A stretch of 64,000 bases of DNA from Candidatus Enterousia sp. Lineage in GTDB: Bacteria; Pseudomonadota; Alphaproteobacteria; Rs-D84. Positions within the stretch are counted from its first letter, which is position 1. Each line of letters starts with the position of its first letter. This document shows, in pieces, positions 20,516 through 31,022 of this stretch. The notes beneath the pieces were generated by a model. That model was given only the letters and a program-made list of their open reading frames with translations, did no database searches and was not told the DNA's origin. The position numbers were made by a program, and so were the translations under genes. The DNA lies in the NCBI GenBank assembly GCA_045613445.1, contig JAZLAZ010000027.1, forward strand, positions 674 through 64,673, read 5' to 3'.

Positions 20516-23128
20516 TTAATGTAACTTGCCACAACAATGTTTATATTTTAACCCAGAACCACATGGGCAAGGCGCATTTCTGCGACCATTACCAATGGCC
20601 TGATTCAGTTTTTCATCATGTTTTTCTTGTTCAACTTGTTTAGCAGCCACATCTTCACGCGTCAATTCCATACGACTGATATAAGACACAGACATAATTT
20701 TGAAATTATTGACTGTATTCTTAAACAAATCTAGTGCTTCGCGTTTATATTCATACAATGGGTTTTTCTGGGCATAACCACGCAAACCGATTGCACTTTG
20801 CAGGTAATCCATCTGTTGCAGATGTTTTTTCCACACGGCATCCAAAGCCCCCAACATCATTTGTCTTGATGCCATTTGCATCAATTCTGGGCCATATTTA
20901 GCAGTCTGTTGTTCATAACGACGATTTGCCAAATTTACCAATGCTTCATAAGCTTTACGTTCTGTAATTAAATCGTCTGTTTTCCATTTTTCTATATCTG
21001 TAATATCCATTGCGAACACTCGCAACATTGCATTATGAATTGCTTCTACATTCCAATCCGCAGATGTTGATTTTTCTGGCATACTGTTTTCACAAATGAT
21101 TTCCACAACATCAGCAATCATTTCATGTGCCAATGGTGTCAAATCTTCTGAAACCATCAAATCATCGCGTTGCTTGTATATAACAGTTCTTTGTTCATTC
21201 ATAACATCGTCATATTTCAACAATTCTTTACGCGCTTCGAAATATCTTGCTTCGACGCGTTTTTGAGCTTTTTCCAATGCCTTTGTTATCCATGGATGAG
21301 TAATTGCTTCACCTGTTTTCAACCCCAGCGTTGTCAACATCCCCTGTAAACGCGCTGCACCAAAAATACGCATTAAATCGTCATCCAACGCCAAAAAGAA
21401 CTTTGAATCACCTGGATCACCTTGGCGACCAGAACGCCCACGCAATTGATTATCAATACGACGCGATTCATGTCTTTCTGTACCAATTACATATAAACCA
21501 CCAGCATCCAAAACTTGTTTTTTATTAGTTTCGATTGTCGCATATATTTCTTTCTTTTTATCTTCATAATCTGGCGCAGTCGAATCTAATTCTGCAATCA
21601 GCGCTTCTGCATTACCGCCCAGTTTAATATCCGTACCGCGTCCTGCCATATTTGTTGCAATTGTAACTGCACCTGGCGCACCGGCCTGAGCAACGATTTT
21701 TGCTTCAGATTCATGGTGTTTTGCATTTAATACCGCAGGATTGATATTCAATTGTTTACGAACAATCGCAGCCAATTCTTCGGACTTTTCAATTGAAACA
21801 GTACCAACCAACACAGGCTGTTTTCGTTGTACACAATCAGAAATTTGCTTTAATATCGCATCATATTTTTCTGTTTTATTCAAGTATATTTCATCATGAT
21901 GGTCTATACGCGCCACAGGACGATTTGTTGGAATTGAAACTACACGCAATTTATAAATTTCTTCAAATTCTGATGCTTCGGTCATTGCTGTACCGGTCAT
22001 ACCAGACAATGTTGGATACAAACGGAACAGGTTTTGGTATGAAATACTAGACACAGTCTGATTTTCTGGCTGAACTTTCACATGTTCTTTGGCTTCGATT
22101 GCCTGATGCAACCCTTTACCAAATCGACGACCAGACATAACACGACCTGTAAATTCATCAACAATTAAAATTTCACCATTACGGACAACATAATTTACAT
22201 TTTTCTGGAACAAATGATGTGCCAACAACGATTGTTGAATATGCATAACCAAGGCAGCATTTTCCGCAGCATATAAATTATCCCCTGTCAACAAACCAGC
22301 GTCTTTTAACAAACGAGTTGCATTATCAACACCAATTTCTGTCAATGTAACATGTCTGTCTTTTTCATCTTTTTTGAAATCAACATCTGTCAACTGTGCA
22401 ACCACCGCATCAACCTTGGCGTATAATTCGCTGGTATCTTCTGCTGGACCAGAAATAATCAGCGGGGTACGTGCTTCATCGATTAAAATACTATCAACTT
22501 CGTCAACAATCGCATAAAAGAACGGGCGCAAAACCTGTTGTTTTTTTGTAAATTTCATATTATCACGCAGATAATCAAACCCTAATTCTGAATTTGTTAC
22601 ATATGTAATATCGCATGCATATGCATCTCTGCGTTCATCATCTGTCATATCGTGTTGAATAATACCCACAGACATACCCAAGAATCTGTATATTTCGCCC
22701 ATCCATTCTGCGTCACGCGACGCCAAATAGTCATTGACAGTAATTAAATGAGCGCCTTTACCGTGTAATGCCTTTAAGAACATAGCCAATGTTGCAACCA
22801 GTGTTTTACCTTCACCAGTTTTCATTTCTGCGATTTGCCCATTATTCAAAACCATCCCGCCAATCATTTGAACATTAAAATGTCGCAATCCAATTGTACG
22901 AACAGAAGCTTCTCGCACCAACGCAAATGCATCAGGCAAAATATCTTTTTCTTTTTCCCCAGCTGCCAATCTTGCCCGCAGCAAATTTGTCTGTTCGCGC
23001 AACTGTTCATCTGACATTGCATGATACTTCGGCTCTAAATCATTGATTAAAGACACAGTTTTATCATAACTTTTAACCAAACGGTCATTTGCAGACCCTA
23101 ATAATTTACCAATAATATTTTTTACCAT
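20516..23128 (-). CDS. secA: Preprotein translocase ATPase SecA
   Basis: MKTGEGKT, DEVDSILIDEARTPLIISG, TNMAGRGTDI and a C-terminal SEC-C motif. Confidence 0.98.
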   Translation of the reverse strand: MVKNIIGKLLGSANDRLVKSYDKTVSLINDLEPKYHAMSDEQLREQTNLLRARLAAGEKEKDILPDAFALVREASVRTIGLRHFNVQMIGGMVLNNGQIAEMKTGEGKTLVATLAMFLKALHGKGAHLITVNDYLASRDAEWMGEIYRFLGMSVGIIQHDMTDDERRDAYACDITYVTNSELGFDYLRDNMKFTKKQQVLRPFFYAIVDEVDSILIDEARTPLIISGPAEDTSELYAKVDAVVAQLTDVDFKKDEKDRHVTLTEIGVDNATRLLKDAGLLTGDNLYAAENAALVMHIQQSLLAHHLFQKNVNYVVRNGEILIVDEFTGRVMSGRRFGKGLHQAIEAKEHVKVQPENQTVSSISYQNLFRLYPTLSGMTGTAMTEASEFEEIYKLRVVSIPTNRPVARIDHHDEIYLNKTEKYDAILKQISDCVQRKQPVLVGTVSIEKSEELAAIVRKQLNINPAVLNAKHHESEAKIVAQAGAPGAVTIATNMAGRGTDIKLGGNAEALIAELDSTAPDYEDKKKEIYATIETNKKQVLDAGGLYVIGTERHESRRIDNQLRGRSGRQGDPGDSKFFLALDDDLMRIFGAARLQGMLTTLGLKTGEAITHPWITKALEKAQKRVEARYFEARKELLKYDDVMNEQRTVIYKQRDDLMVSEDLTPLAHEMIADVVEIICENSMPEKSTSADWNVEAIHNAMLRVFAMDITDIEKWKTDDLITERKAYEALVNLANRRYEQQTAKYGPELMQMASRQMMLGALDAVWKKHLQQMDYLQSAIGLRGYAQKNPLYEYKREALDLFKNTVNNFKIMSVSYISRMELTREDVAAKQVEQEKHDEKLNQAIGNGRRNAPCPCGSGLKYKHCCGKLH

Positions 23129-23259
23129 TTTTCTTCCTTAAACTTATCACGAAATATATAGCAATTTTGAGTCTTGCGGTCAAGACACTTTATGATATAA
23201 TGACAATAAACTTATTAAACAAGTACAAAACAATTTTTTTTACCAATGGGGGGATAAAT

Positions 23260-23478
23260 ATGCCAGAACCAGCTGTACAGCAGTTAAATCCAGAATCAAT
23301 TACCAGCGATGTTTATATAATTGCACCAACACAAATCGAATACATTGCGCACATTTTTGGTAATACTGTTGCAGACACAATGAACATGCGAACATTTGCA
23401 CCAAAAATTCGCCAAATTGCCGAACAAGCGTTACGACATGCATTACAATCTGCGAAACACATGGGCGAAAAGAAATAA
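23260..23478 (+). CDS. Small hypothetical protein
   Basis: GGGGGGAT RBS before ATG 23260; 72 aa. Confidence 0.5.
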   Translation: MPEPAVQQLNPESITSDVYIIAPTQIEYIAHIFGNTVADTMNMRTFAPKIRQIAEQALRHALQSAKHMGEKK

Positions 23479-23520
23479 AATATTGAATTTTACCAGAATA
23501 ATGATAATATACCCCACGCA

Positions 23521-23838
23521 AGATAGACTGGACATGGCTGATGTTTATCAGAGGAAAGTCCGGGCTGCATGGGACAACGCACCGGCTAATATACCGGGCA
23601 GGGCGACCTGACGATAAGAGCAACAGTGACGAAACGATTTAATTCGAGTGAAACGGGCAATCTCTGCGTGCAGCAACTTCAAATAGACCCCCTCATATGC
23701 GTCCCACATCGGGGGCGGGTAGAAGGCTTGACATATGCAGTAATGCAATATGCAGACTAATCATGTCCACTACCGTTATACGGTATACGAAAATATACTG
23801 AATACCGGCAGAACAGAACCCGGCTTATATGTTTATCT
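23521..23838 (+). ncRNA. rnpB: RNase P RNA
   Basis: GAGGAAAGTCCGGGCT and ACAGAACCCGGCTTAT signatures; P1 AGATAGAC/GTTTATCT; P6 GGGAC/GTCCC. Confidence 0.93.
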
Positions 23839-23842
23839 TCAC

Positions 23843-23868
23843 CACGCACCTACGGGTGCGTGTTTTTT
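23843..23868 (+). terminator. rnpB terminator
   Basis: CACGCACC-TACG-GGTGCGTG followed by TTTTTT. Confidence 0.85.
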
Positions 23869-24952
23869 ATTTTTGTTTGCTGCAAAATTCCAAAAATCCG
23901 AACATTGATTTATACATATCATATGTAGTCTCTATTGCAGCCTGACGCCATTCTGCATCTGATGGGCAAAAAATCTGTTTCAGTGCGCTCTTGGTCTGCG
24001 GGCTAACTTCCTTGAAATATCTGTATTCATATTTAGCGTTTCCCATATGATAAAATTTATTCATTTGGGCCTTATTTGCATCTACATCTGTACAAACACA
24101 AAAATCTGCACCATAGACACGATTGTGTGGTATATCATAACGTTGCTCCAACACACGCAACAAACCACCATTTATACACAACGGCAACTGTGTAGTTGTA
24201 TAATAAAATCGCTCAAAGAATCTGTGTTGGTTGTAATGATTCCCATATGGGCTGTGGAATTGGCCGTCACCTGGAACACTGTTATATCTGTAATACAATT
24301 CATTACCAGTAACCATCGCTATCGGAAACAAACCAGTTGCATTTTCTGCAATTTTATCGAACACAGACAACAGCATCTTGTTTTCAATAGTTGGGGCATT
24401 ACCGCCATAAAATAATCCTGTTGATTGTTTATATTGCCCCTGTTGAATCGCACTCCATTCTTTGAAAATCATATCGCGTTGTCGTATAATATCAATATGA
24501 TTCATCTTTTCGGCATGTGGTTTTTTAACCAAATATTTATGCACAGCGCTGTACAATGGGTTTAATGGTTTATGTTGAAAATCTGGAACAAAATTTCTAC
24601 CTAAATCTACTAATGTACCGTTTGAATCGCATGTTTCATGCATACCGTTATCCATTCCCCAACCGTTTACGACATGAATCAACACAATTGTATACTTTTT
24701 ACGCAAATCATACGATAAATTCGGTGCAAACTTATCCAAGAACAAATTCTGGGCAGCACTACCATAAAACGCATCAAGCCCACTGACACCAGAATAAAAC
24801 ACTACCTTTTCTGGTCCATCACCGATGATAACATATGGAATATCATACGAATGATTTTTTGCTACACACCAATTCAAATCACCTACATTGTGTGCATTAT
24901 GAACAAATTTTTCTGTTGCGTGCTGCCAATTTATCGGAAAGTAATTCTGCAT
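23867..24952 (-). CDS. DUF2817/M14 carboxypeptidase-like protein, apparently degenerate
   Basis: SGVSGLDAFYGSAAQ, HVVNGWGM, VDLGRNF, GQY...GLFYGG and W...A layout recalled from DUF2817. Confidence 0.6.
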   Translation of the reverse strand: MQNYFPINWQHATEKFVHNAHNVGDLNWCVAKNHSYDIPYVIIGDGPEKVVFYSGVSGLDAFYGSAAQNLFLDKFAPNLSYDLRKKYTIVLIHVVNGWGMDNGMHETCDSNGTLVDLGRNFVPDFQHKPLNPLYSAVHKYLVKKPHAEKMNHIDIIRQRDMIFKEWSAIQQGQYKQSTGLFYGGNAPTIENKMLLSVFDKIAENATGLFPIAMVTGNELYYRYNSVPGDGQFHSPYGNHYNQHRFFERFYYTTTQLPLCINGGLLRVLEQRYDIPHNRVYGADFCVCTDVDANKAQMNKFYHMGNAKYEYRYFKEVSPQTKSALKQIFCPSDAEWRQAAIETTYDMYKSMFGFLEFCSKQK

Positions 24953-25008
24953 TTCATAAGTGCCTTTGGTTTTATATTATCTCTCCACCCCGCCGGCCCA
25001 CATATCTC

Positions 25009-25746
25009 CTACATGACTTTGCCTTGATTTGGGTAAAAAGTCAACTGAATATCACGCCATTTTTCGAATTCATTGACCGGCAACATACGAAATGGCTGAC
25101 ATGTATCAATTGCTTCCTGAATGGTTTCTAACACATATGCGAACGCTGGATCTGTTTCTGCACGCACAGCAGATTCAAACCAAACACCCTGAACAGTACC
25201 ATTTTTACGCATTTTCAAATGTGCCACTGCACGAATATCAGCAATATCAGACCGCCCATTATCAATCACCCAGCATCGCGTCATTGCAACACGCAACGCA
25301 TCAACAACCGATATTGTCAATGTTCTATCCAAAGACAAAACCTCGCGGTTTACTTTAATTACACGTTTTTTCTTTGGCGCATTTTCGTTTTTTTGTTCTG
25401 TTTTTTTATCTTGTTTTTCTTTTTCAATCTCTTTTATATCATTTTCAACCAAAGTCGTTGTTTTTATTTCAGTTTTTTCAACCGGCACCTCTTTTTTTTC
25501 TGGGCTAGTATCTTGTTTTTTTTCTGCCTTATTTTCTGGAACACCAGTATTATACAATTTTGTCTCATCGCCAGACACAACAACCTTATCCAAGTCTATT
25601 TCAATAATCTGGATTCTATCTGGCACAACTAATTTTGCGCGATTTACAACAACAGCGAACGAAGTGATCATTATCGCCACTAAAACCAAATGTCCACAAA
25701 CGGACATCAGTAAATTTTCTGTTGAAAATTGATTAAATTTACCCAT
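25009..25746 (-). CDS. tolA: TolA-like protein
   Basis: N-terminal TM containing S..GH, K/E-rich linker, C-terminal domain RCW...C.PF..LP...W..I.LTF.P; follows tolQR. Confidence 0.75.
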   Translation of the reverse strand: MGKFNQFSTENLLMSVCGHLVLVAIMITSFAVVVNRAKLVVPDRIQIIEIDLDKVVVSGDETKLYNTGVPENKAEKKQDTSPEKKEVPVEKTEIKTTTLVENDIKEIEKEKQDKKTEQKNENAPKKKRVIKVNREVLSLDRTLTISVVDALRVAMTRCWVIDNGRSDIADIRAVAHLKMRKNGTVQGVWFESAVRAETDPAFAYVLETIQEAIDTCQPFRMLPVNEFEKWRDIQLTFYPNQGKVM

Positions 25747-25749
25747 GTT

Positions 25750-26148
25750 TTATTCCGGTTGTGTTCGCAATCCAACTTTTTGAAATCCTGCATCCTTCAA
25801 TTTTCCCATCACAGACATAACAGCACCATAGTCTGCATGCGTATCACCACTAATCATAATTGTCAAATTTGGATTTTCACCACGCATTGCAACTGCACGT
25901 TTTACCACTTCATCACGCGACAACTGCGTTTCTGACAAGAAATAGCGTCCACTAGAATCCACACTGATTTGAATTGCGTGATCATTACCTGTCATAGCAG
26001 AAGCACCAGCACGGGGCAGTTCCAAATCGATACCGGTTGTCATCATTGGTGTTGTAACCATAAATACCGCCAACAGCACTGTCATAACATCAATCATTGG
26101 TGTCAACTGAATACTGCCATCAGATTGTCTTTTTCTTATTCTGGACAT
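25750..26148 (-). CDS. tolR: TolR/ExbD
   Basis: TPMIDVMTVLLAVFMVTTP and GD...YG.V..VM..L..AG. Confidence 0.88.
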   Translation of the reverse strand: MSRIRKRQSDGSIQLTPMIDVMTVLLAVFMVTTPMMTTGIDLELPRAGASAMTGNDHAIQISVDSSGRYFLSETQLSRDEVVKRAVAMRGENPNLTIMISGDTHADYGAVMSVMGKLKDAGFQKVGLRTQPE

Positions 26149-26157
26149 TGTTCTGCC

Positions 26158-26649
26158 TTATTTTTTACACTTTAATTCGCAAACATCCTGGGTCAATTTA
26201 TCGTATAAATCATCCGACTTTTTTGCAAAATACTGATAAGCAATTGCTGCTGGCACTGCTGCAATCAATCCCAACGCAGTTGTTCCCAACGCAGCCGCCA
26301 ACCCAGGTGCGATTACACCAATACTGACTGATTGATTTACGCCAATTGCTGCAAAAGAATCCATAACCCCCCACACAGTCCCAAACAAACCGATAAAAGG
26401 AGAAATATAGGCGACCATTGACAAGAACCATAAATTTTTATCAAAGGGCGCAATTATTTTATCTGCAACTGTTTCTAAAACACAATTATTTTTCACAGAA
26501 ACAGGTGTTCTTTTAACAGATTTCCATAAACGAATTTTTTCAATAATAATCGCCCAAGACCAAACACTGAAACCAACCAAAACCAACGACACGAATAATG
26601 TCATTAAATCACCAGTAAATAAATTTAACATTGAAAAATTATTTTCCAT
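26158..26649 (-). CDS. tolQ: TolQ/ExbB (short form)
   Basis: SVWSWAII, SPFIGLFGTVWGVM, APG...AL.TTALGL.AAVPA. Confidence 0.85.
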   Translation of the reverse strand: MENNFSMLNLFTGDLMTLFVSLVLVGFSVWSWAIIIEKIRLWKSVKRTPVSVKNNCVLETVADKIIAPFDKNLWFLSMVAYISPFIGLFGTVWGVMDSFAAIGVNQSVSIGVIAPGLAAALGTTALGLIAAVPAAIAYQYFAKKSDDLYDKLTQDVCELKCKK

Positions 26650-26673
26650 ATTCCTTTCCTTTTTTATTTTTCC

Positions 26674-27048
26674 TTAAATCAAACCACTAATCAACTTTGT
26701 TGGTATTCGTTTTGGACGCATATCCGCCCCCAAATACGCCACTTTTAAGTTTATTATAGCACATTCAACCCCATTTTTCACGAACTTTTGTTCTATCTTG
26801 ACAGTTGCAGCCCCAGCATCTGTCATTTTTGTTTCTACGATAAATTCATCTGCAACTTTTAATGGTTGAATATACTTTATATTTAATTCACGGACAACGA
26901 ATCCAATATCTTCACTTTCTACCATATAACCATGCAACCAATTCATTCTGGCACGTTCCGCAATTTCCAGATATCTGGCATGATAAACAATACCTTCTGC
27001 ATCTGTGTCCGCATACGCAATTGTAAATGGGAATTTATGTATTTTCAT
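26674..27048 (-). CDS. ybgC: YbgC-family acyl-CoA thioesterase
   Basis: DTDAEGIVYHARYL...ERAR; syntenic with tolQR. Confidence 0.85.
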   Translation of the reverse strand: MKIHKFPFTIAYADTDAEGIVYHARYLEIAERARMNWLHGYMVESEDIGFVVRELNIKYIQPLKVADEFIVETKMTDAGAATVKIEQKFVKNGVECAIINLKVAYLGADMRPKRIPTKLISGLI

Positions 27049-27653
27049 TTTATCAAATCTCTCTCGTCAACACCTAATTCATTTTTTAATCGCAATGCGA
27101 CACGATGACGAATTTCATCAAATATGCCACGCAAAGCAGGTTCAAAATCAAACATAGTCGCAATTTCGTTACCAAAAAACATTTTCCAATAAAAACCATC
27201 AGCATATTCACCAACATATGCCAAATTCTGGGCACACATATGCTGTACAGCTGTATCTAAAACATCCAATGCCTTGACCAGTCTAGATTCATAACTTTGA
27301 CGTGCATCATACTCATCAAAACGCACACGAACAACATCATCTCTTAGCAGTTCTACAATCTTTGCAACTGCAGCACTCTCATCAATCTGCTTTTGTATAC
27401 GCACAGAATTCGTCTGTTCGTGCAACGGTATATCATGTGCAATTGCTTCAGGCAAATCGTGCAACATACACAACTCATAAACCCGTTCCATATTGACCGA
27501 TTTTTTCAAGTACGGTCGCAACACCATTGCCATCATCGCCATATTCCAAGAATGAGCTGCCACAGATTGCTGTTTACCATCACTTTTCCGTGTCAATCGA
27601 TACTCGCATTCAAGCCGTTCGGCAATCTCAAAAAAATCCACTAAGTTATGCAT
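27045..27653 (-). CDS. HD-domain hydrolase (YfbR/HDDC2-like)
   Basis: SVAAHSW, LHDLPEA...D, VKALD. Confidence 0.8.
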   Translation of the reverse strand: MHNLVDFFEIAERLECEYRLTRKSDGKQQSVAAHSWNMAMMAMVLRPYLKKSVNMERVYELCMLHDLPEAIAHDIPLHEQTNSVRIQKQIDESAAVAKIVELLRDDVVRVRFDEYDARQSYESRLVKALDVLDTAVQHMCAQNLAYVGEYADGFYWKMFFGNEIATMFDFEPALRGIFDEIRHRVALRLKNELGVDERDLIK

Positions 27654-27658
27654 ATTAT

Positions 27659-28648
27659 TTACTTTTCTAACCCCAAATGTGCATATCCTAAATCTGTAAT
27701 AACGCGCCCACGTGGCGTACGCTGAACAAACCCCAATTGCATCAAATAAGGTTCAATAACATCTTCAATTGTATCGGATGGTTCTGACAGTGCGGCGGCC
27801 AAATTTTCAATACCAACCGGACCACCCGCATAAAATTTGATAATTGTATTCATATACTCGCGATCAATTTCATCCAGTCCACAATCATCGATATGTAATT
27901 GGAACAGGGTGGTTTTTATTATATCTGCTGTGATTTGTTGTTTATTTAGCGCACATGCAAAATCACGTGCACGTTTTAACAAACGGTTGGCAATACGCGG
28001 TGTTCCGCGTGCGGACCGCGCCAACATCAACGCGCCATCATCATCAATTGGTGTACCCAAAATATTTGCACTGCGCTTTATAATTTTAGCCAAATCTTCG
28101 GGTGAATAGAAAGACAATCTTAAATCGATACCAAACCTGTCACGCAATGGGTTAGACAGCAATCCAGTTCGCGTTGTTGCCCCAACCAATGTAAACGGAG
28201 GCAGGTCGATACGCACACTTTTTGCACTTGGACCTTCGCCCAGCATGATATCCAACTTAAAGTCTTCCATTGCAGAATACAAAACTTCTTCAATCGCGGT
28301 TGGCAAACGATGTATTTCATCAATAAACAAAACATCCATTGGTTCCAACGCTGTCAGAATAGCCGCCAAATCACCTTGTTTTGTCAACATTGGCGCTGAA
28401 GTCGCCCTAAAATTAGTCCCTAATTCATTGGCAACAATGTGTGCCAATGTCGTTTTCCCCAATCCTGGGGGACCATATAACAAAACATGATCCATCGCTT
28501 CGCCACGACTGCGGGCACCGGACACAAACACGGACAGATTTTGTTTCAAACTATCATGACCAATAAAGTCCAACAAACTGCGCGGACGAATTGTTGCAGC
28601 CATATCATCTGGAATATTTGCATCTAAAAATCTTTCTTTGTTTTGCAT
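27659..28648 (-). CDS. ruvB: Holliday junction branch migration ATPase RuvB
   Basis: [38 protein letters not shown]. Confidence 0.97.
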   Translation of the reverse strand: MQNKERFLDANIPDDMAATIRPRSLLDFIGHDSLKQNLSVFVSGARSRGEAMDHVLLYGPPGLGKTTLAHIVANELGTNFRATSAPMLTKQGDLAAILTALEPMDVLFIDEIHRLPTAIEEVLYSAMEDFKLDIMLGEGPSAKSVRIDLPPFTLVGATTRTGLLSNPLRDRFGIDLRLSFYSPEDLAKIIKRSANILGTPIDDDGALMLARSARGTPRIANRLLKRARDFACALNKQQITADIIKTTLFQLHIDDCGLDEIDREYMNTIIKFYAGGPVGIENLAAALSEPSDTIEDVIEPYLMQLGFVQRTPRGRVITDLGYAHLGLEK

Positions 28649-28650
28649 GA

Positions 28651-29310
28651 TTACAACAACTTATCTTCTTCGTTTTCGCGACCAACATATGCTTTCAAAT
28701 CATTGTACATTTGACGCAAATCAGCAGGCTGGCTGTACATCGAATCCGCACCTTTGACCCGAATTGTTTCCAAATCGATTTGCGCCTGTTTTTTCAAAAT
28801 CTGTGTTAAATGCGATCCAAACGCGCGTGCATCATCAGATTCTGATGCGCCTTGCAACAACAATCCACGATTTGGTCGTGGCGATAAAAATGCAAAATCT
28901 GAAACCGACGCATCAGGCGACACCAGTGCAAAACCAGAAATTTCAGGTCGACGCATCATTGCCTGCAACACATACCACGCGCCTAATTGATGACCTGCCA
29001 ACCAAATTTTATCACTATCTTCATTATGGTTTTGAATCCAATCGATAACAGTTGCGATATCCAGCATATTTTCTGATGTTGTACCAATCACACCTTCGGA
29101 ATCGCCGACACCACGATAATTAAATCTGACCACAGAAAAACCGATATCCATAAACGCACGAAACATCGCATACGATACACGATCATTCATATGATATTTT
29201 TGTCGTGGATTACCTGACAGAACAACAGCCAACGGTGCAGCCTCGTTTGCAGACTTATGATACACAGCATGTAATTTACCAGTTTCTCCTGAAATAATGA
29301 TATCAACCAT
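28651..29310 (-). CDS. Alpha/beta hydrolase-fold protein, catalytically degenerate
   Basis: [12 protein letters not shown] and MRRPE family motifs, but the nucleophile elbow reads GHQLG. Confidence 0.75.
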   Translation of the reverse strand: MVDIIISGETGKLHAVYHKSANEAAPLAVVLSGNPRQKYHMNDRVSYAMFRAFMDIGFSVVRFNYRGVGDSEGVIGTTSENMLDIATVIDWIQNHNEDSDKIWLAGHQLGAWYVLQAMMRRPEISGFALVSPDASVSDFAFLSPRPNRGLLLQGASESDDARAFGSHLTQILKKQAQIDLETIRVKGADSMYSQPADLRQMYNDLKAYVGRENEEDKLL

Positions 29311-29448
29311 ACCTTTATACCTTTCTTTATATTTAATTCACAGATAACTTAGAACAAAGCGAACACAAATTTCAATAAAAATATTTTTGTTTTGACACAA
29401 ATATCTAAAATGTTCTAAGATTTACCTGAGAGAACAAAAGGTCATATC

Positions 29449-30366
29449 ATGATGAAACTGTTTTTGACATCGGTTTTTGCAGTAATTTGCGGTTTTTCCG
29501 CCTATGCTCAGGATGAATTTATGTATCAAGATTTTCAGACAATCTATACAGAAACACCTGTGCAATCATATTATGCATATCCAGACGATCCAAACTTTAT
29601 TCCAGAAACAGAATTTATGGAACGCGCAGACAGCTTAAATTACGACCAAAACATAATTGATGCACGCAATGCAGAATCTGTAGCACACCCTGGTGTGATG
29701 TTTGCAGATCGTCCGATGGTAATTTGCAGAAACTTTGGTTGCACTCGTCTGAACGACCGTATTACCCGTTCATTTTTATTCAACAGTTTGGCCAACATGT
29801 TCATGATGAACGCCCATTCTCGCGTTTATATTTGCGAAGCAGACCCATTTTCCCGCGACTGTCTGCAATCTGGTATTTCATTTCCTGTCCGCAGCGGTAT
29901 TGCAAATGCAATGCTCAAAATTCCAAAGGCGACAATATCACAAGTCAGCGTTTCTACTGGTTTATCCAAGGCAACTGTTGGTATGACATATGAATTTTTG
30001 GTAAATGGTATTGATCGCAAATGCGAACCAACTGTGATGGACATTATGGTTCCTGTAAATTCCGAAGCAGTATTATCAAATCGTGAATTTGCATGTAACA
30101 TGACCAGCGACGGCATCAGCAGTGTATCATTGATTGTCAGCTTGGATTACATTGATTTAGATTATGGTATTCTGGGTGGTTATTATTCACTGGGAATGCA
30201 GGGACCAACCACAGGTGGTGGCACAGGATATGCACTGTTCAAGACAGAATTTACAACTGGTGGAATGCAATTCCGTGCATCTACATATAACACAGACAGC
30301 ATACCGGCCAACGGCGCGCGCACAATTCAGCCTGGCGAATACGCTGTTGAACCAATGAAAAGATGA
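29449..30366 (+). CDS. Secreted hypothetical protein
   Basis: Signal peptide and paired Cys; overlaps the start of the response regulator. Confidence 0.7.
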   Translation: MMKLFLTSVFAVICGFSAYAQDEFMYQDFQTIYTETPVQSYYAYPDDPNFIPETEFMERADSLNYDQNIIDARNAESVAHPGVMFADRPMVICRNFGCTRLNDRITRSFLFNSLANMFMMNAHSRVYICEADPFSRDCLQSGISFPVRSGIANAMLKIPKATISQVSVSTGLSKATVGMTYEFLVNGIDRKCEPTVMDIMVPVNSEAVLSNREFACNMTSDGISSVSLIVSLDYIDLDYGILGGYYSLGMQGPTTGGGTGYALFKTEFTTGGMQFRASTYNTDSIPANGARTIQPGEYAVEPMKR

Positions 30367-31022
30367 ACAAAACCATACTTGTTATAGACGACGACGATAT
30401 TTTACGCAACACTTTATCCAAGGGTTTGCGTCAAGACGGCTTTAATGTTGTCGCGGCCAAATCAGCTGAAATTGCGGACGAAATTTTATCCAGAATACGT
30501 GTTGATGCAATTGTACTGGATCGTATGATGGCCGGCATGGACGGTTTAACTTTTTTGAAAAAGATACGCACATGTGGCAATAAAACACCTGTAATTATGC
30601 TGACAGCGATGACAGGTCCAGATAACACAATTGATGGTTTGTCCCATGGTGCAAACGATTATCTGGCAAAACCTTTTCAAATGCGTGAACTGGTACTGCG
30701 CTTGAACAACATAATATCACAAGTTACTGCAACACCATCAAATATGCCAAATGGATTAAATTTTACAGATAACGAATTCTTTATAACCAACCCAGCAAAC
30801 AACACATCACATATACTGGCGTTGTCTGGCGAAGAAAAGAAACTGTTACAAAATTTGACCAACCCCACAGGCAATATTGTGCCCGCATCTGCGATGGTCG
30901 CAAAACGCTTGCGAAGTAAATTAAATTTAGTATTATCAAACCTAGATATAATAACTGTTCGTGGTCGTGGTTATAAATTATTAGACACAACAACGAACAC
31001 AACCAACAAGGACACAATATGA
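30363..31022 (+). CDS. OmpR-family response regulator
   Basis: Receiver with DDD, D53 (VLDRMM), T and KPF; C-terminal TVRGRGY wing. Confidence 0.9.
   Translation: MNKTILVIDDDDILRNTLSKGLRQDGFNVVAAKSAEIADEILSRIRVDAIVLDRMMAGMDGLTFLKKIRTCGNKTPVIMLTAMTGPDNTIDGLSHGANDYLAKPFQMRELVLRLNNIISQVTATPSNMPNGLNFTDNEFFITNPANNTSHILALSGEEKKLLQNLTNPTGNIVPASAMVAKRLRSKLNLVLSNLDIITVRGRGYKLLDTTTNTTNKDTI

Noticed and set aside
23300-23748. Short ORFs over 23.3-23.75 kb
   Set aside because: Overlap the RNase P RNA.
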